A stretch of DNA of 64,000 nt from Eubacteriales bacterium (GTDB taxonomy: Bacteria; Bacillota; Clostridia; Oscillospirales; CAG-272): NCBI GenBank assembly GCA_045587665.1, contig JAZNCT010000065.1:95-64094 (forward strand), in the 5' to 3' direction. The position numbers and the translations under genes were made by a program. Positions 1 through 8,868 of this stretch are shown here, piece by piece. How positions within the stretch are numbered: the stretch's first letter is position 1; each line of letters starts with the position of its first letter. A model generated the notes under the pieces. It did not search any database. It was given only the letters and a program-made list of their open reading frames with translations, and was not told the origin of the DNA.

Positions 1-2
1 TT

Positions 3-758
3 GAAACAGGGGTCTCAAACGCCCTTCACAGCACAAAAACAGGCAGCGTGATAAGCGCAGATGATGTTTCGCCCTTGGCTCATCCTCTTTCTGTCAGGGT
101 AAGCTCAAAGAACCTGCTTCACTTTGTTAAAGACGTGGATGACACACGCAACGGATTAAAGATAACAGCCAGTGCAAACAGTTCAAGCTTTACCGCAGAC
201 GGTACATCTACCAACAGCTCAATAATAGGATATGCTTTTCCGTCAATGCCGCTGCCGCCGGGCACGTATACCTTGAGCATATCCGATGTTCCTTTTTCCG
301 ATAAAGAAGGCGCCGACAGAATACATATAAACGGTAAAAACCCTCTTACAGGCTCGAGCGAGGTGCTCGCATATATCTATTTTGACGGTAGGCAGAAGAG
401 ACTGACCTTCACCATGACGGAAACCTGGGAAGTGTATGTACATTTCCTGTTTTCTCCCGGAAGGACATGGGAAAATCAAGAATTTACTGTCCAGCTCGAA
501 AGAGGGACAGAGGCAACGCCATATGTCCCCTATACCGATGTGGAAGGAACGACGATCACGCTCACGGACGGCGAAAACGAGCAGACTGCTGTGGCAGATG
601 CGGATGGCAATGTCGCAGGACTTGTATCGGCTTCGCCGAGTATGACACTGACAAGCGACACAGAAAACGTAATCATCGAATGTGAATACAACCGAGACCT
701 TATGAAGGTCATAGATGAATTAACAAATGCAATAATAGCCCTTGGCGGCAATATCTAA
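3..758 (+). CDS. phage tail-fibre / receptor-binding protein, C-terminal part (5' end outside window)
   Basis: The reading frame is open from base 3, with no stop upstream of the GTG at 48, so the ORF is partial. It sits directly upstream of the XkdX-like and lysis genes. No family motif was recognised. Confidence 0.4.
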   Translation, partial: ETGVSNALHSTKTGSVISADDVSPLAHPLSVRVSSKNLLHFVKDVDDTRNGLKITASANSSSFTADGTSTNSSIIGYAFPSMPLPPGTYTLSISDVPFSDKEGADRIHINGKNPLTGSSEVLAYIYFDGRQKRLTFTMTETWEVYVHFLFSPGRTWENQEFTVQLERGTEATPYVPYTDVEGTTITLTDGENEQTAVADADGNVAGLVSASPSMTLTSDTENVIIECEYNRDLMKVIDELTNAIIALGGNI

Positions 759-780
759 CTTAAAAAACGGAGGAAAAAAT

Positions 781-972
781 ATGTTTAATTTAAAGGATTT
801 TATAAAAGCAGGACTTCTTGATGCTGTTGGCAAAATGGCAGACTACAAAATTATACTAAATGCGGCAGGCTGGCACGAAAAAGGCGTGCTTGATGAAAGC
901 GACCTTGCCGAGATAAACGCAGCTCTCAAGGCAAGAAAGGGCGGCGAGAGTGTGGAGGATGCGGCAGAATGA
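781..972 (+). CDS. XkdX-like small phage protein
   Basis: GGAGG RBS precedes ATG 781. The 63-aa product begins MFNLKDFIKAGLL. Its position between fibre and holins is typical of the XkdX family (recalled, not searched). Confidence 0.4.
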   Translation: MFNLKDFIKAGLLDAVGKMADYKIILNAAGWHEKGVLDESDLAEINAALKARKGGESVEDAAE

Positions 973-1250
973 ACCTTGCATACATAGCGGCTCTCATCGG
1001 TGAGATAGGGGTTCTTATCGGAGTTATCCTGCCTGTGATAGTAAGCGTCAGGAAGATAGCAAACGGCCAGAAGTGTCAACTGCGCAGTGATATGCTCCGC
1101 ATCTATTACCACAACAAAGATAAAAAGTCGCTGAGGCAGTATGAATATGAAAATTTCGTTATGCTCTATGAGGGCTATAAGGCCCTCAAGGGTAATTCCT
1201 TTATCGACAAGATATATTCGGAAATAAAGACCTGGGATGTGCTGACATGA
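969..1250 (+). CDS. phage membrane protein (one N-terminal hydrophobic helix)
   Basis: Start overlaps the upstream stop. Hydrophobic segment IAALIGEIGVLIGVILPVIV. Lies in the lysis-cassette context. Confidence 0.35.
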   Translation: MNLAYIAALIGEIGVLIGVILPVIVSVRKIANGQKCQLRSDMLRIYYHNKDKKSLRQYEYENFVMLYEGYKALKGNSFIDKIYSEIKTWDVLT

Positions 1251-1528
1251 AAAGAAGAAGCGAATTTTCAAAGAGGATCATCATCTTTATGACGGTCTTT
1301 ACACTTGTGATAACAGTCTTTGCCCTTGCGCTTATGTGGAGGACGGGAGATACCTCTCCCCTTGCATATCTCATCCCCTCGGTGTTTGCGGAATATGCAA
1401 CAGCCACAGGCTTCTATTATTGGAAAGCACGGGCAGAAAACAAGATAAAGCTGATGCGTCTTTACGGTAAGAGTGCTGAAAAGGTGCTCGAAAACGAAAG
1501 CGATCAAAACTATAACGGAGGATATTAA
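1247..1528 (+). CDS. putative holin (two hydrophobic helices)
   Basis: 93 aa with IIIFMTVFTLVITVFALALMW and a second hydrophobic stretch, followed by a charged C-terminus. Lies upstream of the endolysin. Confidence 0.45.
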   Translation: MKRRSEFSKRIIIFMTVFTLVITVFALALMWRTGDTSPLAYLIPSVFAEYATATGFYYWKARAENKIKLMRLYGKSAEKVLENESDQNYNGGY

Positions 1529-1531
1529 ATT

Positions 1532-1873
1532 ATGTCGGTCATTAACTTTATAACTACACATTGGGACAGTATTCTCATTGTCCTTTTTGCCTGCATGGCG
1601 TTGGGACTTCTTTATTTTAAGGGACAAAAGAGTCTCGTATACAAGATCCTTTACTCTCTCGTGACCGAGGCGGAAAAGCAGTTCGGCGGCGGTACGGGTG
1701 AGCTGAAGCAGGCTTTTGTCCTTAAACAGGTCTACAACACTCTTCCCGGCATGCTTAAGGCTTTCGTTTCCGAAAGAAAGCTGACAGAATGGATAGAGGA
1801 TGTTCTTGTCATGGCTAAAAAGAAATGGTCACAGAACGGGAATATTGCAGATTACATAGGCGGAGCAAAATAA
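1532..1873 (+). CDS. putative holin, LL-H-like
   Basis: 113 aa with N-terminal helix WDSILIVLFACMALGLLYF. Immediately precedes the endolysin. Family call is from memory. Confidence 0.4.
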   Translation: MSVINFITTHWDSILIVLFACMALGLLYFKGQKSLVYKILYSLVTEAEKQFGGGTGELKQAFVLKQVYNTLPGMLKAFVSERKLTEWIEDVLVMAKKKWSQNGNIADYIGGAK

Positions 1874-1894
1874 AGCAGACGAAAGGAAGTTTAT

Positions 1895-2458
1895 ATGATA
1901 ATACCATTCAAATGCAATAAAGTTAAACTTACATCCGCATACGGTAACAGGGTACTGAACGGGGTAAAGCAGTTCCATGGCGGTTACGATCTTGTGGGCG
2001 TTGGTTCATATGAAGTAGTTGCCGCTGTCCCCGGCAAGGTCATCCGCTCACGGATCGTCACCGACAAGACCAACACCACATGGCAGTGGGGCAATTACGT
2101 TTGCGTGCGGGGCACTGACGGGCTTGACTATTATTACTGTCATTTGGCAAGCCGCGCCGTTACAGAGGGGCAGACCGTCCGTGCCGGGGACAAGCTCGGC
2201 ATTATGGGCAACACGGGCTATTCATTCGGTGCGCATCTGCATTTTGAGGTGCGCAGGCAAGGCAAGGCTATTGATCCTTCTCCTATTCTTGGAATACAGA
2301 ACAGGATAGGTACATACCGTCTCCCGGACCAATACGAAAAGGACATCGCCATTCTCTCTGAAAAAGGCGTGATATCCTCGCCTTCCTACTGGCTGAAGCG
2401 CAAAAACGTCGACCCCTATTTCCCAAAGCTTATTCACAATATTGCGAAACAGTTTTGA
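1895..2458 (+). CDS. M23 family metallopeptidase (phage endolysin)
   Basis: M23 zinc motifs HGGYDL and GNTGYSFGAHLHFEV. Last gene of the prophage lysis cassette. Confidence 0.8.
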   Translation: MIIPFKCNKVKLTSAYGNRVLNGVKQFHGGYDLVGVGSYEVVAAVPGKVIRSRIVTDKTNTTWQWGNYVCVRGTDGLDYYYCHLASRAVTEGQTVRAGDKLGIMGNTGYSFGAHLHFEVRRQGKAIDPSPILGIQNRIGTYRLPDQYEKDIAILSEKGVISSPSYWLKRKNVDPYFPKLIHNIAKQF

Positions 2459-2490
2459 CACTAAATTTATAATTTGAGTAGAAAAAACCG

Positions 2491-2526
2491 AAAAAAGCTA
2501 AGTCAAATTTTGACTTAGCTTTTTTC
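2491..2526. terminator. bidirectional intrinsic terminator
   Basis: Perfect hairpin aaaaaagctaagtca/tgacttagctttttt, flanked by an A-run and a T-run. Confidence 0.7.
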
Positions 2527-2571
2527 TTAGCTTTCGGATTTATGGGGTACGATCCGGTTGATCTCATAAAA

Positions 2572-2604
2572 AACAAATACCGACACAAATGTGCCGGTAT
2601 TTGT
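2572..2604 (-). terminator. terminator of tRNA-Met
   Basis: Stem aacaaataccg/cggtatttgtt, followed on the minus strand by a T-run, directly after the tRNA 3' end. Confidence 0.6.
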
Positions 2605-2607
2605 TTT

Positions 2608-2684
2608 TGGTGGGGCATCAGGGACTCGAACCCCGGACCGACCGGTTATGAGCCGGTAGCTCTAACCAACTGAGCTAATGCCCC
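2608..2684 (-). tRNA. tRNA-Met (anticodon CAT), CCA encoded
   Basis: The reverse complement GGGGCATTAGCTCAGTTGGTTAGAGCTACCGGCTCATAACCGGTCGGTCCGGGGTTCGAGTCCCTGATGCCCCACCA folds as a cloverleaf. The anticodon loop is CTCATAA. A lysidine-type tRNA-Ile2 cannot be excluded. Confidence 0.9.
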
Positions 2685-2706
2685 TTATTTATTTTCAGCA
2701 AGAGAT

Positions 2707-2735
2707 ATTATACAACAATCCGTGCCATTTGTCAA
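2707..2735 (-). promoter_or_regulatory. sigma-A type promoter of tRNA-Met
   Basis: Minus strand reads TTGACA, 17 nt, TATAAT, about 20 nt upstream of the tRNA 5' end. Confidence 0.65.
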
Positions 2736-2848
2736 GCCCTATTTTTGAATTATTAGTAATTATTTTAAAAAGTTTTTTTGCTGTGGGTATTGATAGGATT
2801 TTTGGTCAATAATTATTATTAAGTAAATATAAATTTAAGGAGAACAAA

Positions 2849-3550
2849 ATGTCGGAAAAAGAAAACAAAGCAGATCAAAAACAAAACGATAGCTCTTCCT
2901 ATAGCGACTTTGAAGGAATAATCAAAAGCGGAAGCGTTGTTACCAAAAATTCAGAAGAAACCATTCACTGTCTCAGCATCATCGGTCAGGTAGAGGGTCA
3001 CTATCTGCTGGGAGAAAGTCAAAAAACAACAAAATATGAGCACGTTATACCCCTTCTTGTTGCCATTGAAGAAAGCGAGGATATAGACGGTCTTTTAATT
3101 GTTCTCAACACAATGGGAGGCGATGTTGAGGCCGGTCTTGCTATTGCTGAAATGATAGCTTCAATGTCAAAGCCAACTGTTTCCATAGTTCTGGGCGGCG
3201 GACATTCAATAGGAGTTCCTCTTGCCGTTGCCGCAAAAAAATCATTTATCGTGCCCTCAGCAACCATGACGATCCATCCTGTTCGCATCAACGGACTTGT
3301 TCTCGGTGTTCCCCAAACCTTCAGATATTTTGAAAATATGCAAAAACGGATCATCGACTTTATAACAAATCATTCAAACGCAGATGCCGACACACTGAGA
3401 GAGCTGATGATGCGCCCCGACGAGATCGCTACAGATGTTGGTTCGATAGTTGACGGCAACGAGGCTGTTGACATTGGAATAATAGATAAAGTTGGCGGAC
3501 TTTCTGATGCTTTGGCAGAGCTCAAAAAAATGATTAAGAATAATTCTTAA
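2849..3550 (+). CDS. ClpP/TepA-family Clp-fold serine protease-like protein
   Basis: Segment LIVLNTMGGDVEAGLAIAEMIASMSKPTVSIVLGGGHSIGVPLAVAA resembles the TepA/ClpP fold. Good RBS AAGGAG. Confidence 0.7.
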   Translation: MSEKENKADQKQNDSSSYSDFEGIIKSGSVVTKNSEETIHCLSIIGQVEGHYLLGESQKTTKYEHVIPLLVAIEESEDIDGLLIVLNTMGGDVEAGLAIAEMIASMSKPTVSIVLGGGHSIGVPLAVAAKKSFIVPSATMTIHPVRINGLVLGVPQTFRYFENMQKRIIDFITNHSNADADTLRELMMRPDEIATDVGSIVDGNEAVDIGIIDKVGGLSDALAELKKMIKNNS

Positions 3551-3566
3551 TTTTTGCAAAAACCTA

Positions 3567-3594
3567 TTGACAAATAAAAAAAATGTGTTATAAT
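3567..3594 (+). promoter_or_regulatory. promoter of perR-rbr with Fur-family-box-like AT dyad
   Basis: TTGACA, 16 nt, TATAAT. TTATAATATTATCA overlaps the -10 and resembles Fur/PerR boxes, but its half-site spacing is not canonical. Confidence 0.5.
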
Positions 3595-3635
3595 ATTATC
3601 AGAGTTAAGAACCATTCCTAAAAAGCGAGGTTATT

Positions 3636-4004
3636 ATGACCAAACAACGAAAGCTTATACTCAATATTATCAACACATCACGATCACATCCAAATGCGGA
3701 TGAAATATATCATAGAGCAAAGGAGATAATGCCTTCTATTGCGCTTGGAACTGTATACCGGAATTTGGGTTTGATGGTCAAAGACGGGGACATACGCAGG
3801 CTGGTGAGCGAAAACGCTCCCGACAGATACGACCGGGTCACCCCACTGCACGATCATATGGTTTGTACCAGGTGCGGAAAAATAAGTGACACAGATATTG
3901 GTTCACTTTGGGACGCCATTGAAAACTGCGTTGGAGAAAAGATCATCGGCTATGAGCTGATGGTTAAACACGTTTGCAATAGCTGCAAAAGCGAACAAAA
4001 ATAA
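3636..4004 (+). CDS. perR: Fur family transcriptional regulator, PerR-like
   Basis: Fur-type winged helix (LGTVYRNL), HDH motif, and CxxC pairs (CTRCG, CNSC). Directly upstream of rubrerythrin. Confidence 0.7.
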   Translation: MTKQRKLILNIINTSRSHPNADEIYHRAKEIMPSIALGTVYRNLGLMVKDGDIRRLVSENAPDRYDRVTPLHDHMVCTRCGKISDTDIGSLWDAIENCVGEKIIGYELMVKHVCNSCKSEQK

Positions 4005-4030
4005 ATTTATTATTTGAAAGGGTTTAAATT

Positions 4031-4570
4031 ATGGAACTTAAGGGATCAAGAACAGAAGCTAATCTTATGGCGGCATTTGCCGGCGAATCGCAGGCAAGAA
4101 ACAAGTACACATACTACGCTTCAAAAGCAAGAAAAGAAGGCTACGAGCAGATAGCTGCCCTCTTTGAGGAGACTGCTCATAACGAGAGGGAGCACGCAAA
4201 GATCTGGTTCAAGCTCCTCCACGACGGTGAGATCCCCTCAACTGCTGAAAATCTGAGAGATGCAGCAGCAGGCGAAAACTATGAGTGGACAGATATGTAT
4301 GCAGAGTTTGCAAGAGTTGCTGAAGAAGAGGGCTTTAAGAGAATTGCTTATCTCTTCAAGGCTGTTGGTGATATCGAGAAGGAGCACGAGGAGAGATACC
4401 TCAAGCTGCTTGACAATGTTGAAAACGGACTTGTATTCTCTAAGGACGGCGACGCTATCTGGAAGTGCAGAAACTGCGGTCACATCGTCGTTGGCAAAGT
4501 AGCTCCCGAGCTTTGCCCCGTTTGCGCACATTCCAAGTCTTATTTTGAAGTTAAGGCTGAAAACTACTGA
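4031..4570 (+). CDS. rbr: rubrerythrin
   Basis: Ferritin-like N-terminus [21 protein letters not shown] with ExxH motifs. C-terminal rubredoxin-like CRNCG....CPVC. Confidence 0.9.
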   Translation: MELKGSRTEANLMAAFAGESQARNKYTYYASKARKEGYEQIAALFEETAHNEREHAKIWFKLLHDGEIPSTAENLRDAAAGENYEWTDMYAEFARVAEEEGFKRIAYLFKAVGDIEKEHEERYLKLLDNVENGLVFSKDGDAIWKCRNCGHIVVGKVAPELCPVCAHSKSYFEVKAENY

Positions 4571-4585
4571 TAAACAAGTTGATTT

Positions 4586-4615
4586 GCCGAGACGCATATG
4601 CGTCTCGGCTTTTTT
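4586..4615 (+). terminator. intrinsic terminator after rbr
   Basis: Hairpin gccgagacgcatatgcgtctcggc followed by tttttt. Confidence 0.8.
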
Positions 4616-4705
4616 CGTTATGGACTCTTTTTGCTTCAAACACCTTGATTTTTTGATCTTTTTGTGGTAAAATAATCTTTGATTTTTTAGAGAGGTATAA
4701 AAATA

Positions 4706-6106
4706 GTGAAAAAAAGCTTGTTTGCGCCTACGGATATGACCGTTGGCACACCTTGGAAAAGTATTGTTATGTTTACCCTGCCTATGCTTATAGGCAACAT
4801 CGCTCAGCAGCTATACAACACTGTAGACAGTATTGTTGTTGGGCAGTATATCGGAGATAATGCGCTGGCTGCTGTTGGCAGTGCAGGTCCGATAGTCAAT
4901 CTTCTTCTCGTTCTCTTTATAGGAATCTCTGCCGGAACAAATGTTATGATCTCTCAATATTTCGGGGCAAAAAACAGAGAAAGCCTTTCCTATACCGTTG
5001 GAAATTCCATTACGGTAACCGCCATTGCTTGCATACTTCTTATGCTTCTTGCAACACCTTTTATAAGACCTCTTCTCGTTGTGCTCAACACCCCCGAAAC
5101 TCTTATTGAAGGCTACAATGATTATACCATTCTCGACGCCTGCACAGAATATCTCACCATTTCTGTTATCGGAGTTGCCGGTATGGCTTTTTATAATATT
5201 CTCAGCAGCATAATCCGTGGAATGGGAGATTCGGTTTCGGCACTTATATATCTGCTTGTGGCAACAGTGGTAAACATAGCTCTTGATATTTATTTTGTTG
5301 CTGTTCTCAGAATGGGCGTTGGCGGCGTTGCTCTTGCAACGGTTATTGCGCAGATCATCTCATCGGGGCTTTGCCTTCTAAAGCTTGCAAAAATGAAGGA
5401 GCATTTTGATTTCAAGCTGAAACATCTTCGCCCTTCCTCTCTTTTTGTTAAAACTATAATACGCCTCGGTCTGCCTGCAGGCCTTACACAGGCTATATTT
5501 TCCTCTGCAATGATCATCGTTCAGTCACTTACAAACTGCTTTGAAGAGCAGTTCATTGCTGCAAACGTTGTCATTATGAGAGTTGACGGCTTTGCCATGA
5601 TGCCAAACTTTTCTTTTGGCACAGCTCTAACAACATATGCCGGCCAAAATGTTGGTGCAGGCCTATATGACAGGGTTAAAAAGGGCGCAAAGCAAGGCAC
5701 GCTGATTGCAGTTGGCGTTTCAAGTGCCATAACGGTTCTTATTCTGCTTTTCGGAAAAAATCTCATGTGGCTTTTTACAGACACAAAAGAGCTTGTTGAA
5801 ATGAGCTATAATCTGATGCTCATTTTGGCAGTCGGATATATCGCCATGGCCGTTACTCAAAGTCTTTCGGGAATAATGAGAGGAGCAGGCGACACAGTGA
5901 CACCTATGTGGATATCCCTTATCACAACTGTTGCCGTGCGTGTCCCAATTGCATACGGAATCTCATATCTCACAAGAACTCCCTCTCTGCCCTACGGTAT
6001 AAAGGAATGTATTCAGATATCGCTTCTTTCATCATGGGTTATCGGAGCTATCCTTACTGTCATCTTCTACTGCGGTGGAAAGTGGCAGAAAACTGCTATT
6101 CAATAA
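4706..6106 (+). CDS. MATE family efflux transporter
   Basis: 466-aa polytopic membrane protein. N-terminal MATE signature PMLIGNIAQQLYNTVDSIVVGQYIG. GTG start with GAGG RBS. Confidence 0.85.
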   Translation: MKKSLFAPTDMTVGTPWKSIVMFTLPMLIGNIAQQLYNTVDSIVVGQYIGDNALAAVGSAGPIVNLLLVLFIGISAGTNVMISQYFGAKNRESLSYTVGNSITVTAIACILLMLLATPFIRPLLVVLNTPETLIEGYNDYTILDACTEYLTISVIGVAGMAFYNILSSIIRGMGDSVSALIYLLVATVVNIALDIYFVAVLRMGVGGVALATVIAQIISSGLCLLKLAKMKEHFDFKLKHLRPSSLFVKTIIRLGLPAGLTQAIFSSAMIIVQSLTNCFEEQFIAANVVIMRVDGFAMMPNFSFGTALTTYAGQNVGAGLYDRVKKGAKQGTLIAVGVSSAITVLILLFGKNLMWLFTDTKELVEMSYNLMLILAVGYIAMAVTQSLSGIMRGAGDTVTPMWISLITTVAVRVPIAYGISYLTRTPSLPYGIKECIQISLLSSWVIGAILTVIFYCGGKWQKTAIQ

Positions 6107-6288
6107 ATTTAAAAAGGTTTAGCACGGCTATGAAAGAAAAGAGATTCTTGATTGCTTATGATATTCATCTCTTCCATATCAGTGATATGTCTTAAGCACA
6201 AAGGAAATATGCAGCTTTCTATTTACAACTTGAAAAAAAACGTGTATAATATATATGATATTTTGTTTTCTAAAGGAGAAATGTTGAT

Positions 6289-7566
6289 ATGAAGGATAGA
6301 AGAATAGAAACGATCTGCGTTCAGGGAGGCTACACTCCCGGAAACGGCGAACCACGTCAGGTTCCGATCTACCAGAGCACCACATTTAAATATGACACCA
6401 GCGAGGATATGGGAAAGCTTTTTGACCTTGAGGCTTCGGGATATTTTTATTCCCGACTGCAAAACCCCACCTGCGACACAGTTGCAAGCAAGATATGCCA
6501 GCTTGAAGGCGGCGTTGCCGCAATGCTCACATCCTCAGGTCAGGCGGCAAACTTCTATGCCACATTCAATATCGCAAACGCAGGAGATCATATCATTTCC
6601 TCATCCACCATATATGGCGGAACCTTTAACCTTTTTGCGGTTACTATGAAAAAAATGGGCATAGACTTCACCTTTGTTTCCCCCGATTGCTCTGATGAAG
6701 AGCTTGATGCAGCCTTCAGACCAAACACCAAGGCTGTTTTCGGAGAAACGATCGCAAACCCTGCCCTTACCGTTCTCGATATAGAGAGATTTGCAAAGGC
6801 AGCTCATGCACACGGCGTTCCGCTGATAATCGACAACACCTTTGCAACACCTGTTAATTGCCGCCCCTTTGAATTTGGTGCTGATATCGTTACACATTCA
6901 ACAACAAAGTATATGGACGGTCACGGTGCACAGGTTGGCGGATGTATCGTTGATTCCGGCAATTTTGATTGGCTCGCTCACGCCGACAAATTCCCTGGAA
7001 TGTGCACTCCCGACGACAGCTATCACGGCATAACATATGCCAAAAAATTCGGCAAGGCAGGCTATATAACCAAGGCTACTGCACAGCTGATGCGTGATTT
7101 TGGCTCAACCCCCGCACCGCAAAATGCCTTTATCCTTAATTTGGGTCTTGAAAGTCTTCATGTTCGCATGGCTCGCCACTGCGAAAACGGTCTCGCCGTT
7201 GCAAAATTCTTAAAGGATCACCCCATGGTAGACTGGGTAAGCTATCCTTCGCTTGAAGGCGACAAATATTATTCACTTGCCAAAAAATATCTTCCAAGCG
7301 GCTCTTGCGGCGTTGTTAGCTTTGGAGTTAAGGGCGGAAGAAAGGCTGCTGAGGCATTTATGAAAAAGCTGAAGATATTTGCTATCGAAACCCACGTTGC
7401 AGATGCACGAAGCTGCTGTCTGCATCCTGCGTCTGCAACTCACCGTCAGATGAATGACGAAGAGCTGAGAGCCGCAGGCGTTGGTCCTGAGCTGGTTCGC
7501 CTTTCCTGCGGTCTTGAAAGCGCAGCGGACCTTATCGCAGATCTGGCTTCCGCTCTTGAAGGATAA
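6289..7566 (+). CDS. metY: O-acetylhomoserine aminocarboxypropyltransferase (sulfhydrylase), PLP-dependent
   Basis: Cys/Met-metabolism PLP family with [14 protein letters not shown] and [11 protein letters not shown] (PLP lysine). Adjacent to metA. Confidence 0.85.
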   Translation: MKDRRIETICVQGGYTPGNGEPRQVPIYQSTTFKYDTSEDMGKLFDLEASGYFYSRLQNPTCDTVASKICQLEGGVAAMLTSSGQAANFYATFNIANAGDHIISSSTIYGGTFNLFAVTMKKMGIDFTFVSPDCSDEELDAAFRPNTKAVFGETIANPALTVLDIERFAKAAHAHGVPLIIDNTFATPVNCRPFEFGADIVTHSTTKYMDGHGAQVGGCIVDSGNFDWLAHADKFPGMCTPDDSYHGITYAKKFGKAGYITKATAQLMRDFGSTPAPQNAFILNLGLESLHVRMARHCENGLAVAKFLKDHPMVDWVSYPSLEGDKYYSLAKKYLPSGSCGVVSFGVKGGRKAAEAFMKKLKIFAIETHVADARSCCLHPASATHRQMNDEELRAAGVGPELVRLSCGLESAADLIADLASALEG

Positions 7567-7592
7567 AATATAATAATATTAAGAGGTATTAT

Positions 7593-8513
7593 ATGCCAAT
7601 TAAAATTCCAAACGAGCTTCCAGCTACAAGGATACTTGAAGAAGAAAACATATTTGTGATGACAGAAACCAGGGCTATCACTCAGGATATACGTCCGCTC
7701 AGAATTCTCCTGCTCAACCTTATGCCAACAAAGATAGACACCGAAACACAGCTTTCACGTCTGCTCAGCAATACACCTCTTCAGGTGGAGCTCTATCTTA
7801 TGCACACGGCAACTCACAAATCTCAAAATGTTGCCGAAGACCACCTCACGGCCTTTTACCAGACCTTTGACGCCTATAAAAACGAATATTTTGACGGCAT
7901 GGTGATAACGGGTGCTCCTGTTGAAAAAATGGATTTTGAGGAGGTTGACTACTGGAATGAGCTCTGCGAGATCATGGAGTGGTCAAAAACTCATGTGCAC
8001 AGCACCTTCCACATCTGTTGGGGCGCACAGGCAGGGCTTTACTATCATTACGGTATAAACAAACAGCCCCTAAAGGAAAAGCTGTTCGGAGTGTTCCCCC
8101 ACAAAGCCGACTATGCAAGATCTATACTCCTGCGTGGTTTTGACAATGTGTTCAGCGTGCCCCATTCTCGTCACACAACGGTGAAAAGAGAGGATATCGA
8201 GGCCGTGCCCGATCTTAAAATAATTGCCTCCTCGGAAGAGGCCGGCGTATATGCCGTTTCCTCTAAAAACGGTAAACAGATATTTATCACAGGACATTCG
8301 GAATATGACCCACGGACTCTTGAAAAAGAATATCTCCGTGATAAAAACGCAGGTCTTCCCATATCTGTACCCAAAAACTATTACCCGGGTGATGACGATA
8401 CCAAAGAGCCGCTTGTGACCTGGCGCTCACACGCGAACCTGCTCTATTCCAATTGGCTCAACTATTTCGTCTACCAAACAACCCCCTATGATATTAAAAA
8501 AATGTCAGAATAA
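7593..8513 (+). CDS. metA: homoserine O-acyltransferase MetA
   Basis: [11 protein letters not shown]....LLNLMP....ICWGAQAG is the typical MetA family signature. Confidence 0.9.
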   Translation: MPIKIPNELPATRILEEENIFVMTETRAITQDIRPLRILLLNLMPTKIDTETQLSRLLSNTPLQVELYLMHTATHKSQNVAEDHLTAFYQTFDAYKNEYFDGMVITGAPVEKMDFEEVDYWNELCEIMEWSKTHVHSTFHICWGAQAGLYYHYGINKQPLKEKLFGVFPHKADYARSILLRGFDNVFSVPHSRHTTVKREDIEAVPDLKIIASSEEAGVYAVSSKNGKQIFITGHSEYDPRTLEKEYLRDKNAGLPISVPKNYYPGDDDTKEPLVTWRSHANLLYSNWLNYFVYQTTPYDIKKMSE

Positions 8514-8520
8514 TAAAACA

Positions 8521-8548
8521 AGCTCGGAGCTTTTCTCCGAGCTTGTTT
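8521..8548 (+). terminator. intrinsic terminator after metA
   Basis: Hairpin agctcggag/ctccgagct followed by a T-rich tail. Confidence 0.7.
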
Positions 8549-8868
8549 GGCTTTAAGCAATAATATATCGGATTTCAGAAAATAAACTTAAGCTTTATCT
8601 CATAGCAAAAACTCTATTTTGGGAAACAGGCTGAGAGTGGCAAAAACAACTTACGCACATTTAAGTTTTTTGAATCATTAACTGAACAGCATCCTCAGGA
8701 GAAAATCCGAATTTTCAGTTGACTTTCATTTAGCAAAATGTTAAAATAAAAAAGAGCGAGCAAGTGTTAAGTGATAGATAAGATTACGGTTTCGGTCAAA
8801 TCCGGAATGACACCAAAACAGTATATTAAACAGCAAAAAAGGTAATTTTAATCGCATTTCTTATTAAA

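Larger units (their letters stand above)
1..2460 (+). mobile_element. right end of prophage A (fibre, XkdX-like, holin-like genes, endolysin); left boundary outside window
   Basis: Gene order is tail fibre, then small membrane proteins, then peptidase, then terminator and tRNA. All genes are co-oriented and tightly packed. Confidence 0.6.

Noticed and set aside
2459-2607. att core of prophage A within tRNA-Met
   Set aside because: The tRNA has its own terminator between it and the phage, and no repeat of the tRNA 3' end is visible inside the window. This cannot be resolved without the other prophage end.
6107-6288. SAM riboswitch or Met T-box upstream of metY
   Set aside because: The likely -10 (TATAAT at about 6246) leaves a leader of only ~35 nt, and no SAM-I or T-box consensus segments were seen by eye. 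A cmsearch would be decisive.
8777-8845. Tail of an AraC-family gene (...SGMTPKQYIKQQKR stop) upstream of the GH2 gene
   Set aside because: Only about 22 codons remain after in-frame stops. It is too short to annotate as more than a possible relic.
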